Source of the DNA: an uncultured delta proteobacterium
GTDB lineage: Bacteria > Desulfobacterota > Desulfobaccia > Desulfobaccales > 0-14-0-80-60-11
DNA: 64,000 nucleotides
Direction: 5' to 3'
Assembly: GCA_963701845.1 (NCBI GenBank)
Contig: CAVPBF010000006.1
Location: 477,084 to 541,083, forward strand
In this document: one piece after another, positions 47,655 to 57,286 of the stretch
Layout: every line of letters starts with the position of its first letter
Position numbering within the stretch: the stretch's first letter is position 1
Notes under the pieces: model-generated
What the model was told of the DNA's origin: nothing
Databases searched by the model: none
What the model saw: the letters and a program-made list of their open reading frames with translations, nothing else
Program-made: the position numbers and the translations under genes

Positions 47655-47669
47655 GCAAAGGATGTGCCA
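47655..47669 (-). promoter_or_regulatory. sigma54 (-24/-12) promoter for the gcvH-like/hdrL/hdrA/mvhD/fdhA/kinase/regulator operon
   Basis: The minus strand reads TGGCACATCCTTTGC, an exact TGGCAC-N5-TTGC. Confidence 0.7.
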
Positions 47670-47749
47670 GCCTGGATATATTGACATATATAGCTGATAA
47701 TTCTGCATATAACCTCCAACAGGCAGAGAATACCTCCCTTAAGGTCTCA

Positions 47750-47766
47750 TGTCTGATAATCCAACA
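47750..47766. promoter_or_regulatory. candidate enhancer (UAS) dyad, site 4
   Basis: TGTCTGATAATCCAACA, the same TGT-N11-ACA motif as at 29.5-29.8 kb. About 80 nt upstream of the -24 element. Confidence 0.5.
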
Positions 47767-47816
47767 ATTAAGATCCTTTAGCTGTTAACTTATGAATAAT
47801 TATATGAATTTCATCT

Positions 47817-47833
47817 GTTGGAAATTACAACGG
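47817..47833. promoter_or_regulatory. weaker candidate enhancer dyad, site 5
   Basis: TGTTGGAAATTACAACG resembles the reverse complement of site 4 (TGTTGGATTATCAGACA). Confidence 0.3.
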
Positions 47834-47997
47834 TGGGCTAGAATTGGCTGATCTGCAGGATAGGTCTTTCAGGAGAGGCTGCCGGGATGAGTCCGATCCG
47901 AACCCGGGGCGGTCGAGAACCGGCCCCGGCGCCTGGAGCTGGCCGCCGCAACTGCTGCATATCCCATTCTAAAAACTAAAAACTCAAAACTCAAACC

Positions 47998-48025
47998 TTG
48001 ACATCGGCCCCGGCGTCCATATTTT
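47998..48025 (+). promoter_or_regulatory. possible sigma70 promoter of the usp gene
   Basis: TTGACA (47998-48003), 16 nt spacer, TATTTT (48020-48025). Preceded by four A-tract heptamers at 47969-47996. Confidence 0.35.
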
Positions 48026-48087
48026 TAAAGATGGTGTCACGTCTTGAAGCTCACGTGAATACAGGAATATTTGATAGGAGGTTTTCC

Positions 48088-48549
48088 ATGGAAGTGCACA
48101 CCATCCTCTGGCCCACCGATCTTTCCAAAAATTCGATCAAGGCCGCCAAGCACGTGGAATCGCTGGCGGACAAGTATCAGGCCAAAGTCGTCCTGCTCTA
48201 CGTCGGGGTGGATCTGATGACTCATTTCGGGGCCTATAGTTACCCCAGCCCGGAGCACGTCAAGCATTTCCAGGACTGGGAATTGCAGCACGCCAAGAAA
48301 CAATTAGAGCTGGTCTGTGAAAAGGAGTTGAAGGCCTGCCCCAAGATCGAGATGCGCCTGGTGCAGGGCGACCCAGCGGCCGAGATCCTCAAGTCCGTCA
48401 AAGAGGAGAAGGCCGACATGGTGGTGCTCACCAGCCACGGTCGCGGCCATGACGAGTTGGATCAGAAGAGCGCCGACTTCGGCAGCGTCGCCAAGAAGGT
48501 CATGGCCAACTCACCGGTGCCGGTGCACCTGGTGAATCCGTGGCAGTAG
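48088..48549 (+). CDS. universal stress protein (UspA family)
   Basis: ATG after AGGAGG. ILWPTDLSKNS, VVLLYV, ADMVVLTSHGRG and the C-terminal GSVAKKVMANSPVPVHLV are Usp signatures. Confidence 0.8.
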   Translation: MEVHTILWPTDLSKNSIKAAKHVESLADKYQAKVVLLYVGVDLMTHFGAYSYPSPEHVKHFQDWELQHAKKQLELVCEKELKACPKIEMRLVQGDPAAEILKSVKEEKADMVVLTSHGRGHDELDQKSADFGSVAKKVMANSPVPVHLVNPWQ

Positions 48550-48551
48550 GA

Positions 48552-48676
48552 GCGAATCTGGTATTCGCCCCAATTCCCGGGCGAACACAAGGTTCGCCCC
48601 TACCCTGGTGATCACGGCTGAAAGTCGGGCCGGTGCCGCTTATAGCAGGCCGAAGGCACAGGCGAGACGCCTGTGC
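48552..48676. repeat. three REP-like hairpins
   Basis: GCGAATCTGGTATTCGC (48552-48568), GGGCGAACACAAGGTTCGCCC (48579-48599) and GGCACAGGCGAGACGCCTGTGC (48655-48676, same family as 14213-14235). Confidence 0.75.
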
Positions 48677-48687
48677 TACCAAAGAAA

Positions 48688-48725
48688 TAAAAACGCCGCC
48701 CTGAAGCCAGGCCGGCGTTTTTTTG
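48688..48725. terminator. bidirectional Rho-independent terminator between usp and the ferredoxin gene
   Basis: AATAAAAA-CGCCGCC-CTGAAGCCAG-GCCGGCG-TTTTTTTG: a GC stem flanked by an A-run and a T-run. Confidence 0.65.
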
Positions 48726-48755
48726 CTATTCACAGGCCGGAGGCCTGTGCCACTG

Positions 48756-48944
48756 CTAAATTTCGGTGACAGTAATTGCCGAAGACGGGCAGACCTCGAC
48801 GCAGCTCTCGCAACCCAGGCATTCTTCTTCATTCACCGGGACCGCTTTGCCTTCCTTCATCTCGAACACGCCCACGGGGCAAACATTGACGCACTCTTCG
48901 TCGCCAGTGCACTTGTCGGTATCGACTTCCACCTGCCAGGCCAT
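48756..48944 (-). CDS. 2x[4Fe-4S] ferredoxin
   Basis: 62 aa with CTGDEECVNVCP and CLGCESCVEVCP. Confidence 0.85.
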   Translation of the reverse strand: MAWQVEVDTDKCTGDEECVNVCPVGVFEMKEGKAVPVNEEECLGCESCVEVCPSSAITVTEI

Positions 48945-49035
48945 TGAACTTACCTCCCTTTAGGATAGTCTATAAACGTCGATCCGAAGGCGACGTTTTA
49001 GGCTCTGCTGAGGCCGCAGCCCCGATTAACCGCCT

Positions 49036-50195
49036 TTAAGCCCTGACTTCTTCCTTGACGGAAATCGCCACCTTATAGAGGACGGTCAGGATAAAGAAGC
49101 CCAGGGCCCAGATACCCAGGGTGATGATAGCCTCCGGGACCGTAGGCCAGTACTCCCTCACCTGCTCCAGTGGGTTGGGCACAAAGCCGCCGGTCATCAG
49201 ACCCAGGCCCTTGTCGATGTAAGTGGTGATGATGATCAGGCCGCAGACCCAGGCCAGGGTGTTTTCGTTTTTGCGGATCTTCGGGTTAACCATGAGCAAC
49301 CCCGCCACGGTCATGCCGACGATGGCGAACCACATGAGGGGCACCAGCCGATCCTTGCCCTCCAGGCCGAAGAAGAGGTATTTGAAGTGCAGCATATGGT
49401 CCGGGATCTGGCTGTAGAACACCGTGAAGACTTCGCAGAAGAAGAGGAAGACGTTGATCAGAATAGCGTAGGTGACGATCTTGGCCAGGCTCTGGATCTG
49501 TTCCTTGCCCGGGTCGAATTTGCTGATCTTGCGGACCAGCAGGCACAGGAGAATGAGCAGGGCCGGCCCGGCGCAAAGGCCGAAGCGAGGAAGCGGGGAG
49601 CCATGACCGCGGTGAGCCAGTAGCCCCGGCCGGGGAGACCGGCGTACAGGAAGGCCGTCACCGTGTGAATGCTGACGGCCCAGGGGATGGAGACATAGGA
49701 CAGCGTCTTCACCCAATGGGGCGGCGGCACGTCATGGCGCTCGCTCTCCAGCACGTTCCAGCCGATCAGGATGTTCAGGAGCAGATAGCCGTTCAGGACG
49801 ATCATGTCCCAGAACAGGATGGAGTGGGGGGTGGGGTACTTGATGACGTTGAGCGCCCGGTCGGGACGGCCCATGTCCACCACGATGAACAGCAGGCACA
49901 TGGTCACCGCGGCCACCGCCAGGAATTCTCCCAGGATGGTGACCCGGCCGAAGGCTTTATAATTGTGCAGGTAGTAAGGCAAAACTACCATCACGGCCGA
50001 GGCCGCCACGCCGACCAGGTAGGTAAATTGGGCGATATAAAAGCCCCAGGAGACGTCCCGGCCCAGGCCGGTGATGCACCAAGCCGTTCATGAATTGCCG
50101 CGGAATAGAAGGCGGCGCCTATGAGCACCAGGGCGCCGCAGCGCCGCCAGCAATCCATAGTATCTTTTGGTTCCGGTAAAGGCATTTTCGAGCAT
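49036..50195 (-). pseudogene. dsrP: DsrP (NrfD-family membrane subunit), several frameshifts as sequenced
   Basis: MLENAFTGTKRYYGLLAAL (ATG at 50195), then [16 protein letters not shown], then [22 protein letters not shown]...[12 protein letters not shown], then [11 protein letters not shown]... to the stop at 49036. These pieces lie in different frames (ORFs 49991-50185, 49458-50009, 49036-49716). Confidence 0.8.
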
Positions 50196-50202
50196 GGCTA
50201 CC

Positions 50203-51022
50203 TCACACGATATAGTAGACTTGAGGGTTGGTGCCGAGGAATGGTTTACGCCGGATGGTGAAATTCTCCCGCAGCAGCTCCCGCACCTTGGACTTTTCGT
50301 CGTTCAGGTCGCCGAAGATCAGGGCGCCCTTGGACGCCACCACGCAGGCGGGCATCAGGCCCTGGGCCAGCCGCTCGGCGCAGAAGGTGCACTTTCTCCA
50401 CCACGCCCGATTTCCCGGGTGGGATAGTCGGGGAAGCTCTTCCTTGATATAAGGCCGGGGGTCCCGCCAGTTGAAGCTCCGGGCCCCGAAGGGGCAGCCC
50501 GCCATGCAGAAGCGGCAGCCGATGCAGCGGTGCATGTCCATCATGACGATGCCGTCATCCCGGCGGAAGGTGGCCTTGGTGGGGCAGACCCGGACGCAGG
50601 GCGGATTGTCGCAGTGGTTGCAGAGCAGCAGGAACTGCATGTGCTCCACCTGCTCATCCATGTGCGGCATGTTCGTCGCCGGGGAAGGCATTGTGATAAT
50701 GGTCGGTCCAGATCCACTTGATCTCCCAGCGTGACCCGGTCCTCGCGGAGATCTTCAGCTTGGGATCGATGGGATGCTTGAAATCGGGGACGTTATGGAC
50801 CTGATGGCAGGCGGCAATGCACTTCTTGGCGGTCGGCTCGTCGAGCTTGCGCATATCGATCACCATGGACCAGCGCTGGGCGTTCAGGGCCTGCGGCTCG
50901 GCCCCCATGGCGGCCTCGACCTGCCCCGGCCGGAGCAATTCAAAGGCGGATTTGCCTCCAAGCCCCAAGAACGTGGAGAGCCCGGCTAGTTTGATAAAAT
51001 CTCTTCTATCGATACCCATCAC
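50203..51022 (-). pseudogene. dsrO: DsrO (Tat-exported FeS subunit), at least one frameshift
   Basis: Tat signal MGIDRRDFIKLAGL (ORF 50654-51022). Ferredoxin body CNHCDNPPCVRVCP, CIGCRFCMAGCP and CTFCAERL in ORF 50203-50691. Confidence 0.8.
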
Positions 51023-51532
51023 TTAGCCTCCGCCTTTGCCACCTTCTGCTGCTTATCCAGATGGCAACCAAAGCAGTTCGGCGTCACTGCAGCGTAATTG
51101 TGGCACTGATCGCAAAATTTATCCTTGTTGGAGTGGCAATCCAGGCAGGTCTTGGAAAGGCTGGCCAGGTACTTCTTGCCCTCGGGATTGACGAACATCC
51201 GGGCGTCCACCGGACCACCGCCGATGCCCTTGCTGCGAACGACGTTTTCCCGCCAGTCGACCAGCATCTGCATGTGGTTGGCCCGCATGTAGTCCGTGGG
51301 CATGACGCACTTGCGGTCCTTGGCCGCCAGCTTCTGGATGGCCGGCGTATCCAGCTTCGGGTCGGGCGCCGCCACGGTCTTCCCCAGGTTGGGCAGGACA
51401 GCGGAGAAGTGGTCAGACCGAAGAAGATCAACCAGCCCCAAGGCGATATATTTGAAGTCATATAACTTCTTGGGAACTTCCGGCTTCGGGGCAAAATTGC
51501 CCGAATTCGTTTTTGATATTTTTATCTTCCAT
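51019..51532 (-). pseudogene. dsrJ: DsrJ triheme cytochrome c, frameshifts in the N-terminal part
   Basis: Heme motifs CLDCH, CDQCH and CFGCH. ATG at 51532 gives MEDKNIKNEFGQF, then the frame changes at a T4 run (A4 at 51493-51496 on the plus strand) to APKPEVPKKLYDFKYIALGLV. Confidence 0.75.
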
Positions 51533-51534
51533 GG

Positions 51535-53180
51535 CTATTCCGCTTCCTCCCCTTCCTCAGACTCCCCGAAGCCCACCAGGTCACGGTCCCGGAGGTCGGT
51601 GGTGCGCTCCAACTCGTCAGGGAAGACCAGGGCGTTGCCCACCAGTTCGGTGATGCCGGTGACCTCCATACCCGGAACCCAGTAATCCATCAGGGTGGGC
51701 AGGGTGGCCCGGTCCAGGGCGCAGATGCAGCCGAGGTGGTTCACCCCGTATTTTTCGGCCACGTACTTCACGGCGTTGGCCCGGGCGAAGCCGCCTTGCA
51801 TCCGGATTTCCATGTTCTCGTTGGCGTTGATGCCGCTGGAACTGCCGCAGCAGAAGGCCTTCTCCCGGATGGTGTTGGGGGGCATCTCGACGAAGTGACC
51901 TTCCGGCATGACATTGTTGATGATGTAGCGGGGCTCCTCGAAGATGCCCATGCCCCGGGCGGGGTTGCAGGAGTCGTGGAAGGTCAGCTTGATGTGGGCG
52001 TTGCGCTGGGGGTCCAGCTTCAGCTTATTGTTCTGGATCAGGTCGGCGGTGAATTCGGAGATGTGCACCATCTTGTGGACCGCGGCGTTCTCGAACACCG
52101 TGCCGGTGATGGGGGATTTCGGCTGCTCCAGGAAGTCCACCGGACCCCACCAGGTGGGCATGTACTGGTTGCATACCCGCCACATGTGGCCGCACTCGCC
52201 GCCCAGGATCCACTTCACCCCCAGGCGCTTGGCTTCGTGGTAGATCTTGGCGTTGAGGCGCTTGCCCATCTCGTGGGAGACGAACCAGCCGAAGTTGCCG
52301 CCCTCGGCGGCATAGGTGCTCAGCGTGTAGTCCAGGCCGATATGCTCGAACAGCAGCATGTAGCCCATCATGGTGAAGGTGCCGGGGTCGGCGAAGTAGT
52401 CGCCGGAGGGCATGACGAAGAGGACCTCGGCGCCCTTGCGGTTAATGGAGGGCATGGTGTTGATGCCGGTGATGCGCTCGTTTTCCTCGGCCAGGAAGTC
52501 CACCATGTCCTTGAAGGCCTGGGGCGTGGCGCCGATGTGGCTGCCCTTGTCGTAGCACTGGGCCACCGAGGCCATGGCCCAGTCGATGTTCACGCCCACT
52601 GAGGACAACAACTCCCGGCCCAGGAGGGTCATCTCCGCCATGTCGATGCCGTAGGGGCAGAACAGCGAGCAGCGCCGGCAGATGGTGCACTGATGGAGGT
52701 AGAAGAACCACTCCTTGAGGACGTCCTCGGTCAGGTCCCGGGCCCCGGCGATCTCGCCCAGGAATTTGCCGATGGGCTTGAAGTAGCGCTTGTAGACCGA
52801 CCGCAGGAGCTCCGCCCGCAAGACCGGCATGTTTTTGGGGTCGCCGGTGCCCAGGAAGAAATGGCACTTGTCGGCGCAGGCCCCGCAGCGCACGCAGATA
52901 TCGAAAAAGACCTTCAGGGACCGGAAGCGGTTCAAGCCGGTCTTCCATGCCCTGGAGGATGATTTCCTTCCAATCCTTGGGCAGCTTCCAATCCTCGTCG
53001 ACCACATCGACAGGCCCGCGGGTAAGGGATAGTTGAGCCATCTCCATCCACTTGGGTTGGGCGGCGTTGACAATAGGTGCCCGGCCGGAAGTCCGGCTTG
53101 ACGTCCATCCAGCCTTTCGCCGGCGGCTGGTAGCTTAACCCTCGGTAAATCTGTGGTGTCGGACCCTTAGCCTTAGCCAT
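51535..53180 (-). pseudogene. dsrK: DsrK (HdrD-like catalytic subunit), two N-terminal frameshifts
   Basis: MAKAKGPTPQIYRGLSYQPPAKGWMD (ATG at 53180), DEDWKLPKDWKEIILQGMEDRL (second frame), then FFDICVRCGACADKCHFF, CTICRRCSLFCP and CCG-type FHDSCNPARG, FCCGSS in ORF 51535-53073. Confidence 0.85.
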
Positions 53181-54232
53181 TACTACTCCACTTAGGCTCC
53201 ATGGAATTTCCACCGGGATCCCGGCTTCGATCATGGCTTCCCTGAAACTTATCTTCGTATTCGTCATAGTGATGGAACTTGACAGGATAGTTCCAGGGGT
53301 TGACGTGCAGGACCCAGCGGTTATTGCTGGCCATGTTCCGGGAGGGGCTCAGGAAGACCCCCGGCGCATGCATCAGCTTGCTGAAGGGGAAGTAGGCGAA
53401 GAGCACGCTCACCAGGAAAAGATGGACGAAGAAGATGGGGCCGATGCCCGCCGGCACCTTGGGATGCAAGGCCACCAGGCCCATGACCAGCTCTTTCACC
53501 GCCACGACGTCCATCTTGTAAACGTAGCGCATGAAGATCCCGGTAAGTGGCGATGGCCAGGATCAACAACAGGGGGAAATAATCCGCCGCCAGGGAGATG
53601 TAACGCAGCTGGGGTTGGTGATCCGCCGGGCCAGCAGGTAGGTCACGGCCACTACCAGCACCACGCCGCTCAGATAGACGACGGGGATGAAGAACTGCAT
53701 GAAGCCGTCCACATTGTCGATGCAGGTGGAGGAAGCCGGGCACCGGCTCGGTGAAGAAGCGCAGGTGCCTGAGCAGGACAACCAGGAAGGCGTAATGAAA
53801 GGCGATGGCCCCTAGCCAGAGCCACTTGTAGGACCAGTGGATCAGCCGGGCGCCTTCGGGGTTATCCGGGTCTTTGCGCAGTTCGGTGCGCAGGTTACGG
53901 AAGAGGCTCCGGAAGGCGAAGACTTCCAGGGCCATGCGGCCCACGAGGTCTTTAAAGGTCGCCGGGTTGTCGAATCGGGTTCCCAGGTCCCTTTCGATCC
54001 AGGGGAGGGTCCGGCCCTGGGCGCCGGTGGTGGGAATCCGGAAGGGTACGGGAGAGCGGGCCCAGGTGATGAGGCGATAAATAAAGCCTTCCACAAAAAG
54101 GAGAATGGCCAGATAGGGCACCACCACCCCGAAGATAATCTGCAAGTTTCCCCGGGCTCCGATGTAGGCCACCAGGACGAGCCCAAGCACTGCGAACAGG
54201 GCCACAGAGAAATGACGCTTAAAAAAATCCAT
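53173..54232 (-). pseudogene. dsrM: DsrM (NarI-like dihaem membrane subunit), multiple frameshifts
   Basis: The N-part MDFFKRHFSVALFAVLG...WLWLGAIAFHYAFLVVLLRHLRFFTEPVPGF is intact. The continuation IDNVDGFMQFFIPVVYLSGVVLVVAVTYLLARRI and MRYVYKMDVVAVKELV...FPFSKLMHAPGVFLSPSRN lies in other frames. Confidence 0.8.
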
Positions 54233-54270
54233 ATACTGTCACCTCGTTTCCGTTGGTCTGCCGATACCGA

Positions 54271-54780
54271 TTAAAAGCTGTTGACATCCATCCCTTTACT
54301 GCGCAAAAAGCCGCTGACGCGCTTCCTTACTTCGGTCACCCGAATCTCGTAGAGCTTCTCCCGCCGCTCTGTATAGACATCAAAGCCCAACAGGGCCATC
54401 CCGTCGATGCGGGATTCCACTTCCCGGAGCTCTGGGGAGAATTGGCCGTCCTTCAACTCCTGGGCCAGTTCCTCGCGGATGACGTTCTTCAGCAAAAAGA
54501 TGAAGGCCAAGGCCTGGGAGGGAGTAAAATTTTGGAGGGCCCGGACACGAATCACTTCGTCCAGGGCGGCGAGAATTTGCTCCCGGTCAAGCTCCTGAAC
54601 GAGCGTTTCCAGAATACCCGCCAGTCCCTGGGAGAGCTGGTGGCCCATCGGATTGTCGAAACGGTTCTTTTCTTTCTTTAAAAAGATAGCAGTTTCAGGA
54701 GGATAGCTTTCAAAGAGGCGCTGCCGCCAGCGCTCCGTCAGGCTGGTTTTTCTTTCCGCCAAGAGACTTAGCAGTTTCAT
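54271..54780 (-). CDS. RsbRD N-terminal domain protein, a commonly observed dsrM-upstream gene
   Basis: 169 aa helical protein. The family call rests on my memory of this domain preceding dsrMKJOP in sulfate reducers, so it needs an HMM check. Confidence 0.45.
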   Translation of the reverse strand: MKLLSLLAERKTSLTERWRQRLFESYPPETAIFLKKEKNRFDNPMGHQLSQGLAGILETLVQELDREQILAALDEVIRVRALQNFTPSQALAFIFLLKNVIREELAQELKDGQFSPELREVESRIDGMALLGFDVYTERREKLYEIRVTEVRKRVSGFLRSKGMDVNSF

Positions 54781-54959
54781 AGTTATCCTTTTTAGCTTGG
54801 GAGAATGTTAAAACATTCACAAATTTGGTGTCAAGGAAAAAATGCGGAAACCTTCGAGCCCTGGCCCGATTCCCGTTGAGGTGGCCGGAGGCATCAGTCG
54901 GCGCGGTTCGGGGGAGGGCGACGATCTAAATATCTGGCGCCGGACCAGGGCGGTTCAGG

Positions 54960-55202
54960 TCAGGAGTCTCGATCCGCCGGCGGCTCCCCGGCGTCCGGTG
55001 GCGGGGCCGCTTCCCGGGCGCTCCCGTGGCCGGGGCGACGGTCGCGGAAAACCAGGTAATCGAGGAGGTACACATTGACCAGGAGCACGGCCGTCAGGCT
55101 CAGCAGGTAAGTCCGGCTGTTCAGGTCGGCGGCCAGCACCACCAGCTTGGCGGCCACAAAGCAGATGAACAGCCGGAGGAAAAAGGCAAACACGCCATTC
55201 AT
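54960..55202 (-). CDS. small hydrophobic protein, hypothetical
   Basis: 80 aa with two predicted TM helices (FAFFLRLFICFVAAKLVVLAA, LLSLTAVLLVNVYLLDYLVF). No family recognised. Confidence 0.3.
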   Translation of the reverse strand: MNGVFAFFLRLFICFVAAKLVVLAADLNSRTYLLSLTAVLLVNVYLLDYLVFRDRRPGHGSAREAAPPPDAGEPPADRDS

Positions 55203-55331
55203 AGCGAGATTCTATCCAATTGGCCCAAGGATGGCAAGGGTCGCCCGATCCCCAGGCATCTCCGGCGCCTGGATGGTTGACAGCCCCGGGCCCCTTCAGA
55301 TATCTTTACTATTTTAAGGCTCTTAGGCGCG

Positions 55332-55388
55332 GCGGTGGGGCGGGTCTCCTGGCCCGCAATGTTTGGTGGCGCAGGCGTCTCGCCTGCG
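55332..55388. repeat. REP-like hairpins in inverted orientation
   Basis: The reverse complement of 55362-55388 is CGCAGGCGAGACGCCTGCGCCACCAAA, the same family as 14213-14242 and 48655-48683. Confidence 0.7.
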
Positions 55389-55464
55389 TGGTGTGGAGCC
55401 GGAGTCCTCGCCGGCTCAAGTACCGCCGAGGGCGGCGGTGCTACCTGTCTTTCTCGGGAGCGAC

Positions 55465-56340
55465 GTGGGCAACCTCCAGGACTTGATCCAATTCATCTTT
55501 GCCGGCCTGACCGGCGGGGCGATCTATGCCCTGGTGGCCCTGGGCTTCGGGGTGGTCCACAACACCATGGGCATCGTCAACTTCACCCAGGTGGACTTTG
55601 TCTCCCTGGGCGGCATGGTGCTTTACAGCGCCCTGTTCGCCGCCGGGCTGCCTATGCCAGCAGCCCTGGCCGCGGCCATTCTCGGGGTGACCCTGGCGGC
55701 CATTGCGGTGGAGGAACTGGGGGTGCGGCCCTCCCGTTCCCAGAGCCATTTGGTGCTGATCTTTCTCACCATCGGCCTCTCTATCATCCTCCGGGGGCTC
55801 ATGAAGCTCGTCTGGGGCAAAAACCGCCTGGCCGTGCCCTCCCTTTCCGGGGATAATCCCTTACACCTGCTGGGCGCCGCCATCCTGCCCCAGACCCTGT
55901 GGATCCTGGGCCTCACCGCCCTGGCCATCGTCCTGCTGATGCTCTTCTTCCGCCGGACCAACCTGGGTCTGGCCATGCGGGCGGTGGCGACCAACGAGGC
56001 CGCGGCGGCGGTGGTGGGCCTCAGGGTCTGGCGGGTCAAGGCCGCCAGCTTCGCCCTGGCCGGGGCCCTGGGGGGCCTGGCCGGCTGTCTGGTGACCCCC
56101 ATTACCACCCTGTCTTACGACGTGGGGGTGCTCCTGGGCCTCAAGGGCTTCGCCGCCGCCATCCTGGGTGGCTTCGGCTCCTTCCCCGGAGCCATCCTGG
56201 GCGGCCTCATCCTGGGCCTGCTGGAAAGCCTGGGCGCCGCTTATATCAGCAGCGCCTACAAGGACGTCATCGCCTTCGTGGTCCTGCTTTTGGTGCTGTT
56301 CATCCGGCCCCGGGGGTTATTAGGCGGAGAAAGAACCTAG
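55465..56340 (+). CDS. livH: branched-chain amino acid ABC transporter permease (LivH family)
   Basis: GTG start. LIQFIFAGLTGGAIYALVALGFGVVHNTMGIVNFTQ and the C-terminal LLLVLFIRPRGLLG are LivH-typical. Confidence 0.8.
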   Translation: MGNLQDLIQFIFAGLTGGAIYALVALGFGVVHNTMGIVNFTQVDFVSLGGMVLYSALFAAGLPMPAALAAAILGVTLAAIAVEELGVRPSRSQSHLVLIFLTIGLSIILRGLMKLVWGKNRLAVPSLSGDNPLHLLGAAILPQTLWILGLTALAIVLLMLFFRRTNLGLAMRAVATNEAAAAVVGLRVWRVKAASFALAGALGGLAGCLVTPITTLSYDVGVLLGLKGFAAAILGGFGSFPGAILGGLILGLLESLGAAYISSAYKDVIAFVVLLLVLFIRPRGLLGGERT

Positions 56341-56453
56341 GGCACAGCTGGTTGGGCCCGACGCAGGGTGCGTTCCATGCAGCATTTAAACGATAGCCTA
56401 GGCGTCCCGCCGGTGTGGCGCCGGCTCGGGTCGGTAAAAAAAGGGCAAGTTCC

Positions 56454-56798
56454 ATGTCCGACACCATCAGGTTCGTCGTCCTCATACTCATGTTCACTTT
56501 TTTGGCTGGCTTTTATATTGTCCCCACCCGCGCCATGCCCGATAATGCCATTATCTTCCTGGATGATCAGAACCGGACGTATTTCTCCCCGAGCTGCGCC
56601 GATCCGGAGCAGAAGAAACTGCGCCCGGCTACGGCCGCCGAGGCGCACCGGTTAAAATATGCGCCGGATAAAGCTTGCCAGCAGAAAACCGGCTTCAGCC
56701 AGGACAGCCGTTCCTTGAGCGGAAAACTGATGGAGCGCCTGGGCATGCTGCCGCCCTTGCCCAGCCGCTGGAACCCCGACGGCACCTGGAATTGGTAG
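56454..56798 (+). CDS. membrane-anchored hypothetical protein
   Basis: MSDTIRFVVLILMFTFLAGFYIV anchor followed by a soluble part with two Cys. No family recognised. Confidence 0.35.
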   Translation: MSDTIRFVVLILMFTFLAGFYIVPTRAMPDNAIIFLDDQNRTYFSPSCADPEQKKLRPATAAEAHRLKYAPDKACQQKTGFSQDSRSLSGKLMERLGMLPPLPSRWNPDGTWNW

Positions 56799-56803
56799 GC
56801 GAC

Positions 56804-57283
56804 ATGGCCAAAAAAAGCGCCGGCCTCTTGATGTACCGGTGGCGGGACGGAGTCCCGGAGGTTTTCCTGGCGCATCCCGGCGGGCCGTTTTGGGCCAAAA
56901 AGGACGAAGGCGCCTGGACCATTCCCAAGGGGGAGTATGGACCGGACGAAACCCCAATGGAAGCGGCCCGGCGCGAGTTCGGCGAGGAGACGGCCTGTCC
57001 GTCCGCGGGGGACCTGATTCCGCTGACGCCCCTTAAGCAGCCCAGCGGCAAGGTCATCGCGGCGTGGGCCTTTGAGGGGGACTGCGACGCCGGGGCCAGC
57101 CGGAGCAATACCTTCTCCCTGGAATGGCCTCCCGGCTCCGGCCGGCAGCTGGAGTTTCCGGAAGTCGACCGGGCGGGTTGGTTCACCCTGGACGAAGCCA
57201 AAGCCAGAATCATCCCGGGGCAGGCGGGCTTTTTGGAGGAATTGGAACAAATTTTGGCACAAAGGAACAATAAGCAAGATTAA
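56804..57283 (+). CDS. NUDIX hydrolase
   Basis: NUDIX box GEYGPDETPMEAARREFGEETA. Confidence 0.75.
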   Translation: MAKKSAGLLMYRWRDGVPEVFLAHPGGPFWAKKDEGAWTIPKGEYGPDETPMEAARREFGEETACPSAGDLIPLTPLKQPSGKVIAAWAFEGDCDAGASRSNTFSLEWPPGSGRQLEFPEVDRAGWFTLDEAKARIIPGQAGFLEELEQILAQRNNKQD

Positions 57284-57286
57284 GCT

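Noticed and set aside
50385-50430. Extra frameshifts in dsrO around EELPRLSHPGNRAWWRKCTFC, where other frames read DYPTR and KSGVVEK (closer to typical DsrO).
   Set aside because: The frame as sequenced stays open and reaches the conserved CTFCAERL motif. I cannot decide by eye whether this short stretch is shifted, so it is not claimed.
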